From Glycera tridactyla (Eukaryota), in the NCBI GenBank assembly GCA_965644265.1, contig OZ286475.1:76632001-76696000 (forward strand): a DNA stretch of 64,000 bases, given 5' to 3'. The notes beneath the pieces are model-generated. The model was not told the origin of the DNA, did no database searches, and worked only from the letters and a program-made list of their open reading frames with translations. Below, one piece after another: positions 46,958 through 58,490 of the stretch. Numbering within the stretch: position 1 is the first letter of the stretch; the number at the start of each line of letters is the position of its first letter. The translations under genes were made by a program, and so were the position numbers.

Positions 46958-48425
46958 AGACATACTTGTCGTTGAGTTTGGCGTTCGGCGGAGCAGAACT
47001 CAGTTTTAGCATAGGGGGTCGGAGGAGTAGGGGCTCGTCCAAATAGTGAATGACCAGAGACGCAGCCCTCATGGCCGACGAAAAACAACGATCCGCGTCA
47101 GTCCCTTCCTCCTCCTCCTTTTTCTGCTTCAACTCTTTGTTGTAGATTCCTAGCGATTCGGCTTCGTTCAATGTTATGTGATAGTAGGGCGCCTCTCCTT
47201 GGCTTTCTACCCAAATAAAACTGGACGAATCGCCCTCATTGCATAACGTGTGTTCAATGTAGTACTCGTCGAGCTTGGTTTTAATGGATTCGGTAGAAAG
47301 CCTGCGCCTAGTCAGTGTTTTCAACTCGTATATGTATTGGGGTATTCTGGAGGGTTTATTTTCGTTCGGGTTAGGCGCGGGTGCTTCCTCCTGTTCGAAT
47401 TCGTGATCGTTCGACCAGTCCCAGTTATCAAAGCAACTGTGATCGTCCTCCTCCTCTCTTTCGATATTCATCGCCGTTTCTTCGGTGTGTTTATCGGCGA
47501 AATAAACCACCACGTCTGGGGTCGCTCCCACGAGCCCGCCGGGAAGAATGGTTCGCCCGGGTTTCTTAAACACCACTCTGGTCTTTCCGCCAGCGCAGTC
47601 CTCTTTCGTGTAAATGTGAGCGTCGGAAATCAGCTGGAGTGCGAGGTTTTCGTGCACGTGCATACCAATCTGCAGGGGCATGGAAACCCGCTCATTGTTG
47701 GCGCTGTAAGAACCCTCGGGGATAGGGTTATAGTTCTCAAAGAGCCTCACTAAATCTGAAAACTCCGACCTCAGTTTATTTAAGATTTTGCTCTCGGATA
47801 TGCCCTCGATATCTAGATTGGTCCAAAATGCGGTAGACCACCAGGGGACCAGCTTGTTGCCCACGAGGCGCTCCAAGATCGAATAAGAATCCGAAATGTT
47901 TCCGGATATGTGGAAGAAGTCTTTGGAACGGGCGTGAAACACATAACTGTGTTTAGAAAGCAAGGAGAGGTTTTCGAATTCTTCCCCCGGCACGTTCCTT
48001 TTAACTTTTAACATGTCTTCATAGATTTCCTTGTCGTGGATGTGCCTCTGATTCCATTTAAACACAGTCAGGAGAATACTCAGGAGCCGGCGCAGATACT
48101 TATCGCAAAGTACGACCATGTTCGGTTTCCCGTGTTTGGGATTGTTGTCCAGTAGGACCGAGTTCAACGTCGTTCTTCTCAAAGCCTCTTCATCCTCGGC
48201 TAGTTTACTGGTGGCCCGAAGATCGACGCGAACCAGTTGTCGGGTTTTGTAAGCATCGGTGAAAAATTCGGATACCGGGCCGAACTTCAAGATCTTTTTG
48301 ATCATGTACGGGAAGATTGTCTGCTGACCTAACATTCGCTCGTCTTTCGTTAAGAACTCTGCCGGGTACAACCAGATACACGCCATGTCCCCGTTAGGGT
48401 CATTATGTGTGGTTGCTGCCATCAC
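46884..48425 (-). pseudogene. Inverted, C-terminally truncated nuclease copy 1 (513 aa)
   Basis: Identical N-terminus through ...KYVFNPE, then an antisense-derived tail. Keeps the TPD and ELK motifs and lacks the FKQIL motif. Confidence 0.88.
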
Positions 48426-48988
48426 AAGCCCGTTCCTCCGTCTAAAATAATGATACTGAGAAGGGAGTTGTTGTTGTTAAGACTCGATTCCCCGTTCTTC
48501 TATCCTCATCTAAATCCCCAAAGGCGAATGTTTAGTTCTTATACGCCTTCCATCTCAATCTGTGTCAGGTCTACACCTCCTTCTGGAACGAGGCAAGTGG
48601 GTCACGGAGTGTAGGTTAACTCTCTAGGCCCAAAACAAATTAAGAGGAGGGGGGTCATCAAATAGGTGCAGAGGGATGGCGATGATGATGATAATAATAT
48701 CTATGAACAAATACCGGTAAAATAAAAACACAAGAGAAAAGAGTTGTTTTAGTAGTTCTTCTTTATATAAACGTCTCTCTACATATGTGTGAATGAGACT
48801 ACCCGAGAAGCTCTACAGAGGTTATAACACAACATGACGTAACATTCGATACATGCGATCACAAAATAGTATATACATACATAGATAGAACCCAAGATAG
48901 AAGCCGAGGTAGAAGCCAAGGTAGAGCCCGAGGTAAAAGCCGAGCTAGAAGCCGAGATAGAAGTCCAAGCCGAAGCCGAGGACGAAGC

Positions 48989-49855
48989 ATGGGGCCGGAA
49001 AGTCGTTCGAATCGCTCTAAGAGTATGAGTCGCCATACCGACTCTCATGAGGAGAGAAACCATCATCATCGCCGTGATTGTCGCCGTCGTTATGACGATA
49101 ATGATGATCGCCGGTATCGCGGTCGTCGTGATGCTGGTGATAGTTGGCATCGTTCGGATCGTGGGGGGCGCCGGTGTCCTGAAATCGATCAATTTCGAAG
49201 TCACATGCGGTCTTTCTGGCAAAGGGATGGGGGGCGAAGCCACAGTTTTGTAGATTGGAATAGAAGAGGGGAGCGTTCCTTTAGAGAAGGACCAAGTCAA
49301 GCACGTTCGGACCACGAATACGACTTCGACGATCAGAGCTACGATTGGAGAAACAGATACGGTTTATCTCTTAGTTACGAAGACTATTTAGCCTGGTATC
49401 GTTTTCAATCCCAATCTCAGAGTCATCATCAGGTGTTGGGGTCGAGACAAGATTCCTCAGTTTGTTACTCCCCACATTCGTCTCTAGATTCGCATCGTCG
49501 GCGTTCCCAACAGTCAGACAATTATTTTCACGGACAGTCTCACGAATATCCACGACCTTCAGAATTTTCACAATGGCAACCAGAACATCACCACCACCAC
49601 CCCCTCACTCAGTATCCAAATCAGGCTCCACAGCCACAGCCACAGCCACAACTACAACCACCGCCACCGCTACAACCACAATCCCGTGTACATTACAATC
49701 CCAATTTCATTCCACAGGAGAACCATGCCCAGAGAGAGAATCAGAATCAGACCCCAGATCAGTGGTTACGCGGGCCGAACGGTAGAGATGAGGTGGAATC
49801 ATCGGAGATACCGAGATATTATACGCATAAACAAGAGGCACGGGAGACAACATAG
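48989..49855 (+). pseudogene. 3' fragment of the IE-like gene (288 aa from an internal Met), repeat unit 2
   Basis: Matches the C-terminus of the 38029-41725 protein with one extra PQ. Confidence 0.82.
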
Positions 49856-50354
49856 TCGCCTGTATAATCCTTCCCGTGGTATCGATGTTATGTGTGTATG
49901 TATGTATATACTATTTTGTGATCGCATGTATCGAATGTTACGTCATGTTGTGTTATAACCTCTGTAGAGCTTCTCGGGTAGTCTCATTCACACATATGTA
50001 GAGAGACGTTTATATAAAGAAGAACTACTAAAACAACTCTTTTCTCTTGTGTTTTTATTTTACCGGTATTTGTTCATAGATATTATTATCATCATCATCG
50101 CCATCCCTCTGCACCTATTTGATGACCCCCCTCCTCTTAATTTGTTTTGGGCCTAGAGAGTTAACCTACACTCCGTGACCCACTTGCCTCGTTCCAGAAG
50201 GAGGTGTAGACCTGACACAGATTGAGATGGAAGGCGTATAAGAACTAAACATTCGCCTTTGGGGATTTAGATGAGGATAGAAGAACGGGGAATCGAGTCT
50301 TAACAACAACAACTCCCTTCTCAGTATCATTATTTTAGACGGAGGAACGGGCTT

Positions 50355-52709
50355 GTGATGGCAGCAACCACACATAATGACCCTAACGGGGACATGGCGT
50401 GTATCTGGTTGTACCCGGCAGAGTTCTTAACGAAAGACGAGCGAATGTTAGGTCAGCAGACAATCTTCCCGTACATGATCAAAAAGATCTTGAAGTTCGG
50501 CCCGGTATCCGAATTTTTCACCGATGCTTACAAAACCCGACAACTGGTTCGCGTCGATCTTCGGGCCACCAGTAAACTAGCCGAGGATGAAGAGGCTTTG
50601 AGAAGAACGACGTTGAACTCGGTCCTACTGGACAACAATCCCAAACACGGGAAACCGAACATGGTCGTACTTTGCGATAAGTATCTGCGCCGGCTCCTGA
50701 GTATTCTCCTGACTGTGTTTAAATGGAATCAGAGGCACATCCACGACAAGGAAATCTATGAAGACATGTTAAAAGTTAAAAGGAACGTGCCGGGGGAAGA
50801 ATTCGAAAACCTCTCCTTGCTTTCTAAACACAGTTATGTGTTTCACGCCCGTTCCAAAGACTTCTTCCACATATCCGGAAACATTTCGGATTCTTATTCG
50901 ATCTTGGAGCGCCTCGTGGGCAACAAGCTGGTCCCCTGGTGGTCTACCGCATTTTGGACCAATCTAGATATCGAGGGCATATCCGAGAGCAAAATCTTAA
51001 ATAAACTGAGGTCGGAGTTTTCAGATTTAGTGAGGCTCTTTGAGAACTATAACCCTATCCCCGAGGGTTCTTACAGCGCCAACAATGAGCGGGTTTCCAT
51101 GCCCCTGCAGATTGGTATGCACGTGCACGAAAACCTCGCACTCCAGCTGATTTCCGACGCTCACATTTACACGAAAGAGGACTGCGCTGGCGGAAAGACC
51201 AGAGTGGTGTTTAAGAAACCCGGGCGAACCATTCTTCCCGGCGGGCTCGTGGGAGCGACCCCAGACGTGGTGGTTTATTTCGCCGATAAACACACCGAAG
51301 AAACGGCGATGAATATCGAAAGAGAGGAGGAGGACGATCACAGTTGCTTTGATAACTGGGACTGGTCGAACGATCACGAATTCGAACAGGAGGAAGCACC
51401 CGCGCCTAACCCGAACGAAAATAAACCCTCCAGAATACCCCAATACATATACGAGTTGAAAACACTGACTAGGCGCAGGCTTTCTACCGAATCCATTAAA
51501 ACCAAGCTCGACGAGTACTACATTGAACACACGTTATGCAATGAGGGCGATTCGTCCAGTTTTATTTGGGTAGAAAGCCAAGGAGAGGCGCCCTACTATC
51601 ACATAACATTGAACGAAGCCGAATCGCTAGGAATCTACAACAAAGAGTTGAAGCAGAAAAAGGAGGAGGAGGAAGGGACTGACGCGGATCGTTGTTTTTC
51701 GTCGGCCATGAGGGCTGCGTCTCTGGTCATTCACTATTTGGACGAGCCCCTACTCCTCCGACCCCCTATGCTAAAACTGAGTTCTGCTCCGCCGAACGCC
51801 AAACTCAACGACAAGTATGTCTTCAACCCAGAGAGCAGAGAAAAAATCTACGATAGAAAAATGAAGACAATGAAAACCGAGGGAGCCCAAAAGGGCTGTT
51901 CCTGTGGAGCGATCACAAATCCCTTTTTCCGGGGATCCGACTTCCTATCGGCGCGTGTGACAAAAGAAGAAAACGCGAGGATCCAGGGACACCCCTCGCC
52001 CATCTGGAAGAAGCTTGAGGCCGGAGGCGATGTTGGAGATCGGGTCGATTTGAGTAAACATCAACACGGAGCGAACAGACAGCCGACCGAATACAGTAAA
52101 TTTGACGATCCCCACGTTCTTCTTGCTCACATGGGGGAACACCGATACATTCTCCCCTGGGATAGTGTCGATGTTGGACATCACGGCTTCATCGGGGACA
52201 CTCTCAACCCGAGGGCAAAATCTCGATGTGTGCTGTACTCTTACGCCGAACCTCTTCAAAAATACGCCGTTATCGATTACGAGGTAGCCCCCTACGTCCT
52301 ATCGCCAACGTCCGATTACTTCAAACAGATTCTACAGGAGGTTAACGCGTATCAACAGCTCAACGAGGAAATCCGAGCCTTCATAACGATCGTCTTCTTG
52401 TATCGAACCGAATCGGATGATGTCAGTGTAGAGTCGAATAGAGTGGCGGCAACTTACACGACGGAGGTTCGGATCACAAAAGCAATGATGGCGGTTTACA
52501 CGGCGAACGTGATTTCTCAGGTTTTTCGAGAACACCAAGCGATCATTCGTTACTGCAAACAAGACCTCTATCCGGACTCCTGGTCGCACTCTGAGAAGAA
52601 AGAGCAGCGGAACCGCGAGCGAAAAACCGTCCAAATGTACAAGCCTTTTCTGGACGAACTCGTCGAGGCCCTCCACAACACTAGGACGGAAACGTTTATA
52701 ATGGGATAG
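50355..52709 (+). CDS. Alkaline exonuclease-like nuclease, full-length copy 2
   Basis: Same as 42219-44573 except H>N (base 51420). Confidence 0.8.
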   Translation: MMAATTHNDPNGDMACIWLYPAEFLTKDERMLGQQTIFPYMIKKILKFGPVSEFFTDAYKTRQLVRVDLRATSKLAEDEEALRRTTLNSVLLDNNPKHGKPNMVVLCDKYLRRLLSILLTVFKWNQRHIHDKEIYEDMLKVKRNVPGEEFENLSLLSKHSYVFHARSKDFFHISGNISDSYSILERLVGNKLVPWWSTAFWTNLDIEGISESKILNKLRSEFSDLVRLFENYNPIPEGSYSANNERVSMPLQIGMHVHENLALQLISDAHIYTKEDCAGGKTRVVFKKPGRTILPGGLVGATPDVVVYFADKHTEETAMNIEREEEDDHSCFDNWDWSNDHEFEQEEAPAPNPNENKPSRIPQYIYELKTLTRRRLSTESIKTKLDEYYIEHTLCNEGDSSSFIWVESQGEAPYYHITLNEAESLGIYNKELKQKKEEEEGTDADRCFSSAMRAASLVIHYLDEPLLLRPPMLKLSSAPPNAKLNDKYVFNPESREKIYDRKMKTMKTEGAQKGCSCGAITNPFFRGSDFLSARVTKEENARIQGHPSPIWKKLEAGGDVGDRVDLSKHQHGANRQPTEYSKFDDPHVLLAHMGEHRYILPWDSVDVGHHGFIGDTLNPRAKSRCVLYSYAEPLQKYAVIDYEVAPYVLSPTSDYFKQILQEVNAYQQLNEEIRAFITIVFLYRTESDDVSVESNRVAATYTTEVRITKAMMAVYTANVISQVFREHQAIIRYCKQDLYPDSWSHSEKKEQRNRERKTVQMYKPFLDELVEALHNTRTETFIMG

Positions 52710-52737
52710 AGGCTTAAGGAGGCGGTTTTTAATATAT

Positions 52738-53406
52738 TTGTGTATCTATTTGTGTATCCATTCTCGCAAAGCTCTATCGGACCCGCTGTACACGTGGTCC
52801 CTCTCCTGTCCGCTGAGCGTATCTAAGATCATCAGAACCGTGACCCCGTGCAACGGGTGCATAATAAAGGTGGACTGCGGGTGTCTTCTCCAGGCGCCCG
52901 GCGAATTCTACATTCCGCTTCAGGTAGCCGACTGCGACCTGTCCACGACGCCGGCCGAGCCAACGATCGTCCCCGCCTACCCGGTAAACTTACCGGTCCT
53001 GCACTCTCTGTACAGCGCGGATCAACTCGACGATATTCGCGGCAGCTCCGTCAAGGACGACTGGAACAACATAGACATTCCAGAATTTGAGCCGTTCGGG
53101 TACGAGTGGAATCAAACGGCGCAGGTTAGCGAAAAATATTCTTCCGATCTAAAGAAACTAGCGGAGGAGAGCAGCAAACGAGCGGAGGTCTACCACACAA
53201 AGGCGGACGCGATGTTAAAAGAGGCAACGGATTTCACTGACTTGAGTCTCAGCCACGCCAAAGATCTGGAGGAAAAGTTTGGCGATCTCAGTTGGTTGGG
53301 CACTCTGAATTTCGACACGGCCCAGGCCGGCGGTATCATCGGCATAATCATAGTAACTCTGACCTTCATAATGGGCATATATAACTGTTGGCGGGTCACC
53401 AGATAG
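52738..53406 (+). CDS. Fusion glycoprotein C-terminal fragment, copy 2
   Basis: Same as 44602-45270 except R>G (base 52855). Confidence 0.62.
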   Translation: MCIYLCIHSRKALSDPLYTWSLSCPLSVSKIIRTVTPCNGCIIKVDCGCLLQAPGEFYIPLQVADCDLSTTPAEPTIVPAYPVNLPVLHSLYSADQLDDIRGSSVKDDWNNIDIPEFEPFGYEWNQTAQVSEKYSSDLKKLAEESSKRAEVYHTKADAMLKEATDFTDLSLSHAKDLEEKFGDLSWLGTLNFDTAQAGGIIGIIIVTLTFIMGIYNCWRVTR

Positions 53407-53443
53407 TAGATTGTCGTCGTCGGATTGCTGAAGGCGCGTCGAA

Positions 53444-55093
53444 ATGGCCTCTCCGCGGCGCTCCGAAAATGACACTCAGATAGACTACGATACCTACGTG
53501 GATTTCATTCTAGAAAACAAAATAGACATAATCTCGGCGTTTGGAAACACGAGGTACCCGTTCATCCCAAACGAACTCACCGTTTTAGATCCCCTCTCTC
53601 AAGGCAACATTCACTTCCAGATAAAGAAGATTTTCGAGGAGTACCAACGAAAAGGCTGGATCGGCAAGAATCTCCGATACGTTTCCTCGGGACTGATTTC
53701 TAAAAAGGGGCTGATCCTGCCGTGTTCAGAGAAAGTAATCACGGGGCCCGGCGGAGGCCTGACTCTAACGTTCACCAGAGCCCCCGAGGTGGTCATGGGG
53801 AAACTGGCCAACCTCTTTTATTTTAAAGACCAAGTAAACGTCTCGACGGGTAAACGGACCCGCTACGTCAAAGATAGACTCCAAGATCCAACTCTTTATT
53901 ACGCCATCCTTCAATTGTGTTTTCTACTACAGAGGGCTTGGAATCCGCCGAATCCGGGCACCGCTCACCCCTTTCGTAAAATCATCTCCGCTCTAGACTT
54001 TTTATTCAAGAAGCACACCTCCGCCGATCGCCTGGAGGAAAAAGAACATCTGCATTACATCCTAGAGAACATTCGGTTCAGCTCCGGCAAGATACTGCGC
54101 CGCTTCAACACGTTTCCGTTCAAGAGTCGCTATTCCTTCATTCACAAGTTCAACACGGAGACCAAACGTTTAAGTCTGGAATTCATAAACGAAGGAGCTC
54201 TGCTCCAGATAGCGGACGGGATCAAGCTGACCGAAATTCTCCACGCCGAGGAACCCGACATCAACTTCGCGCGTCGCCAAAGCGTCATGGAAGACATCTT
54301 AAACACCTCCACGGGACTATCCAGCGAGAACTTGATGCAATTGATACAGACCATTCTCCTGATGATGACCAGCGGTCGGGGGGAGACAAACTATCGGGAG
54401 TGGGGGGACCTCTCGAAGATTACCGCAAGAACAAAAGACTACGTGGATCAGGACATGCAGCTGCTGATCGTCAAACTCTCTGCGGCTCTTCGCTCTCGGA
54501 TCAAAAATAAAATGATACAGTTGAATCACGAGAAGTGCACCTGCATGGCCAAGTGCGTCGGTCAGGAAATGGGAGCCCATCCGGAACTGACGAATCACTT
54601 CATCGACACGATTCACCCAACCTACCATTCGACCCTCAAGTGCGGCTTCTGCAATCTCTCCAACAGTTTGGAAAACACCACCTCGCAGAGGCCGCGAAAA
54701 GTGATCACGCAAGAACAACCCCAGTACCTTTCCTGCTCGTTGGACGGTTCCACAACGATCTACGCGGAACCCCTCTATTCGTTTAACTACAAACGAGACC
54801 CCCACAATCCGTCGGCGCCGATAACAAATGTCTCTGCTCCGTTTTTCCTTTACCTCACGAGCGTCTGTAACGTCTACGAGGAAACGAAAAAATCCCCGCG
54901 GAGTTCTTCCACAGGACGTTTTCTAACCGCCTGTTACGGAAATAGACTCTGCGCTCAACGAGTGACGAATAAACTGGCTTCCTTCCTCAACAGCACGAAA
55001 GAAAACTCCTCGTCGAACTTCATGCAGAGTCCGCAGTGGTGGCAGTGTATATCGTGCGAAAACCTTTTAAAGGAGAAGCCCTCTCTGGGTTGA
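53444..55093 (+). CDS. Cys-rich 549-aa protein, copy 2
   Basis: Identical translation to 45308-46957. Confidence 0.78.
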   Translation: MASPRRSENDTQIDYDTYVDFILENKIDIISAFGNTRYPFIPNELTVLDPLSQGNIHFQIKKIFEEYQRKGWIGKNLRYVSSGLISKKGLILPCSEKVITGPGGGLTLTFTRAPEVVMGKLANLFYFKDQVNVSTGKRTRYVKDRLQDPTLYYAILQLCFLLQRAWNPPNPGTAHPFRKIISALDFLFKKHTSADRLEEKEHLHYILENIRFSSGKILRRFNTFPFKSRYSFIHKFNTETKRLSLEFINEGALLQIADGIKLTEILHAEEPDINFARRQSVMEDILNTSTGLSSENLMQLIQTILLMMTSGRGETNYREWGDLSKITARTKDYVDQDMQLLIVKLSAALRSRIKNKMIQLNHEKCTCMAKCVGQEMGAHPELTNHFIDTIHPTYHSTLKCGFCNLSNSLENTTSQRPRKVITQEQPQYLSCSLDGSTTIYAEPLYSFNYKRDPHNPSAPITNVSAPFFLYLTSVCNVYEETKKSPRSSSTGRFLTACYGNRLCAQRVTNKLASFLNSTKENSSSNFMQSPQWWQCISCENLLKEKPSLG

Positions 55094-56561
55094 AGACATA
55101 CTTGTCGTTGTGTTTGGCGTTCGGCGGAGCAGAACTCAGTTTTAGCATAGGGGGTCGGAGGAGTAGGGGCTCGTCCAAATAGTGAATGACCAGAGACGCA
55201 GCCCTCATGGCCGACGAAAAACAACGATCCGCGTCAGTCCCTTCCTCCTCCTCCTTTTTCTGCTTCAACTCTTTGTTGTAGATTCCTAGCGATTCGGCTT
55301 CGTTCAATGTTATGTGATAGTAGGGCGCCTCTCCTTGGCTTTCTACCCAAATAAAACTGGACGAATCGCCCTCATTGCATAACGTGTGTTCAATGTAGTA
55401 CTCGTCGAGCTTGGTTTTAATGGATTCGGTAGAAAGCCTGCGCCTAGTCAGTGTTTTCAACTCGTATATGTATTGGGGTATTCTGGAGGGTTTATGTTCG
55501 TTCGGGTTAGGCGCGGGTGCTTCCTCCTGTTCGAATTCGTGATCGTTCGACCAGTCCCAGTTATCAAAGCAACTGTGATCGTCCTCCTCCTCTCTTTCGA
55601 TATTCATCGCCGTTTCTTCGGTGTGTTTATCGGCGAAATAAACCACCACGTCTGGGGTCGCTCCCACGAGCCCGCCGGGAAGAATGGTTCGCCCGGGTTT
55701 CTTAAACACCACTCTGGTCTTTCCGCCAGCGCAGTCCTCTTTCGTGTAAATGTGAGCGTCGGAAATCAGCTGGAGTGCGAGGTTTTCGTGCACGTGCATA
55801 CCAATCTGCAGGGGCATGGAAACCCGCTCATTGTTGGCGCTGTAAGAACCCTCGGGGATAGGGTTATAGTTCTCAAAGAGCCTCACTAAATCTGAAAACT
55901 CCGACCTCAGTTTATTTAAGATTTTGCTCTCGGATATGCCCTCGATATCTAGATTGGTCCAAAATGCGGTAGACCACCAGGGGACCAGCTTGTTGCCCAC
56001 GAGGCGCTCCAAGATCGAATAAGAATCCGAAATGTTTCCGGATATGTGGAAGAAGTCTTTGGAACGGGCGTGAAACACATAACTGTGTTTAGAAAGCAAG
56101 GAGAGGTTTTCGAATTCTTCCCCCGGCACGTTCCTTTTAACTTTTAACATGTCTTCATAGATTTCCTTGTCGTGGATGTGCCTCTGATTCCATTTAAACA
56201 CAGTCAGGAGAATACTCAGGAGCCGGCGCAGATACTTATCGCAAAGTACGACCATGTTCGGTTTCCCGTGTTTGGGATTGTTGTCCAGTAGGACCGAGTT
56301 CAACGTCGTTCTTCTCAAAGCCTCTTCATCCTCGGCTAGTTTACTGGTGGCCCGAAGATCGACGCGAACCAGTTGTCGGGTTTTGTAAGCATCGGTGAAA
56401 AATTCGGATACCGGGCCGAACTTCAAGATCTTTTTGATCATGTACGGGAAGATTGTCTGCTGACCTAACATTCGCTCGTCTTTCGTTAAGAACTCTGCCG
56501 GGTACAACCAGATACACGCCATGTCCCCGTTAGGGTCATTATGTGTGGTTGCTGCCATCAC
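55020..56561 (-). pseudogene. Inverted truncated nuclease copy 2
   Basis: As 46884-48425 with the H allele and an L>H change. Confidence 0.88.
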
Positions 56562-57124
56562 AAGCCCGTTCCTCCGTCTAAAATAATGATACTGAGAAGG
56601 GAGTTGTTGTTGTTAAGACTCGATTCCCCGTTCTTCTATCCTCATCTAAATCCCCAAAGGCGAATGTTTAGTTCTTATACGCCTTCCATCTCAATCTGTG
56701 TCAGGTCTACACCTCCTTCTGGAACGAGGCAAGTGGGTCACGGAGTGTAGGTTAACTCTCTAGGCCCAAAACAAATTAAGAGGAGGGGGGTCATCAAATA
56801 GGTGCAGAGGGATGGCGATGATGATGATAATAATATCTATGAACAAATACCGGTAAAATAAAAACACAAGAGAAAAGAGTTGTTTTAGTAGTTCTTCTTT
56901 ATATAAACGTCTCTCTACATATGTGTGAATGAGACTACCCGAGAAGCTCTACAGAGGTTATAACACAACATGACGTAACATTCGATACATGCGATCACAA
57001 AATAGTATATACATACATAGATAGAACCCAAGATAGAAGCCGAGGTAGAAGCCAAGGTAGAGCCCGAGGTAAAAGCCGAGCTAGAAGCCGAGATAGAAGT
57101 CCAAGCCGAAGCCGAGGACGAAGC

Positions 57125-57991
57125 ATGGGGCCGGAAAGTCGTTCGAATCGCTCTAAGAGTATGAGTCGCCATACCGACTCTCATGAGGAGAGAAACCATC
57201 ATCATCGCCGTGATTGTCGCCGTCGTTATGACGATAATGATGATCGCCGGTATCGCGGTCGTCGTGATGCTGGTGATAGTTGGCATCGTTCGGATCGTGG
57301 GGGGCGCCGGTGTCCTGAAATCGATCAATTTCGAAGTCACATGCGGTCTTTCTGGCAAAGGGATGGGGGGCGAAGCCACAGTTTTGTAGATTGGAATAGA
57401 AGAGGGGAGCGTTCCTTTAGAGAAGGACCAAGTCAAGCACGTTCGGACCACGAATACGACTTCGACGATCAGAGCTACGATTGGAGAAACAGATACGGTT
57501 TATCTCTTAGTTACGAAGACTATTTAGCCTGGTATCGTTTTCAATCCCAATCTCAGAGTCATCATCAGGTGTTGGGGTCGAGACAAGATTCCTCAGTTTG
57601 TTACTCCCCACATTCGTCTCTAGATTCGCATCGTCGGCGTTCCCAACAGTCAGACAATTATTTTCACGGACAGTCTCACGAATATCCACGACCTTCAGAA
57701 TTTTCACAATGGCAACCAGAACATCACCACCACCACCCCCTCACTCAGTATCCAAATCAGGCTCCACAGCCACAGCCACAGCCACAACTACAACCACCGC
57801 CACCGCTACAACCACAATCCCGTGTACATTACAATCCCAATTTCATTCCACAGGAGAACCATGCCCAGAGAGAGAATCAGAATCAGACCCCAGATCAGTG
57901 GTTACGCGGGCCGAACGGTAGAGATGAGGTGGAATCATCGGAGATACCGAGATATTATACGCATAAACAAGAGGCACGGGAGACAACATAG
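57125..57991 (+). pseudogene. 3' fragment of the IE-like gene, repeat unit 3
   Basis: Identical translation to 48989-49855. Confidence 0.82.
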
Positions 57992-58490
57992 TCGCCTGTA
58001 TAATCCTTCCCGTGGTATCGATGTTATGTGTGTATGTATGTATATACTATTTTGTGATCGCATGTATCGAATGTTACGTCATGTTGTGTTATAACCTCTG
58101 TAGAGCTTCTCGGGTAGTCTCATTCACACATATGTAGAGAGACGTTTATATAAAGAAGAACTACTAAAACAACTCTTTTCTCTTGTGTTTTTATTTTACC
58201 GGTATTTGTTCATAGATATTATTATCATCATCATCGCCATCCCTCTGCACCTATTTGATGACCCCCCTCCTCTTAATTTGTTTTGGGCCTAGAGAGTTAA
58301 CCTACACTCCGTGACCCACTTGCCTCGTTCCAGAAGGAGGTGTAGACCTGACACAGATTGAGATGGAAGGCGTATAAGAACTAAACATTCGCCTTTGGGG
58401 ATTTAGATGAGGATAGAAGAACGGGGAATCGAGTCTTAACAACAACAACTCCCTTCTCAGTATCATTATTTTAGACGGAGGAACGGGCTT

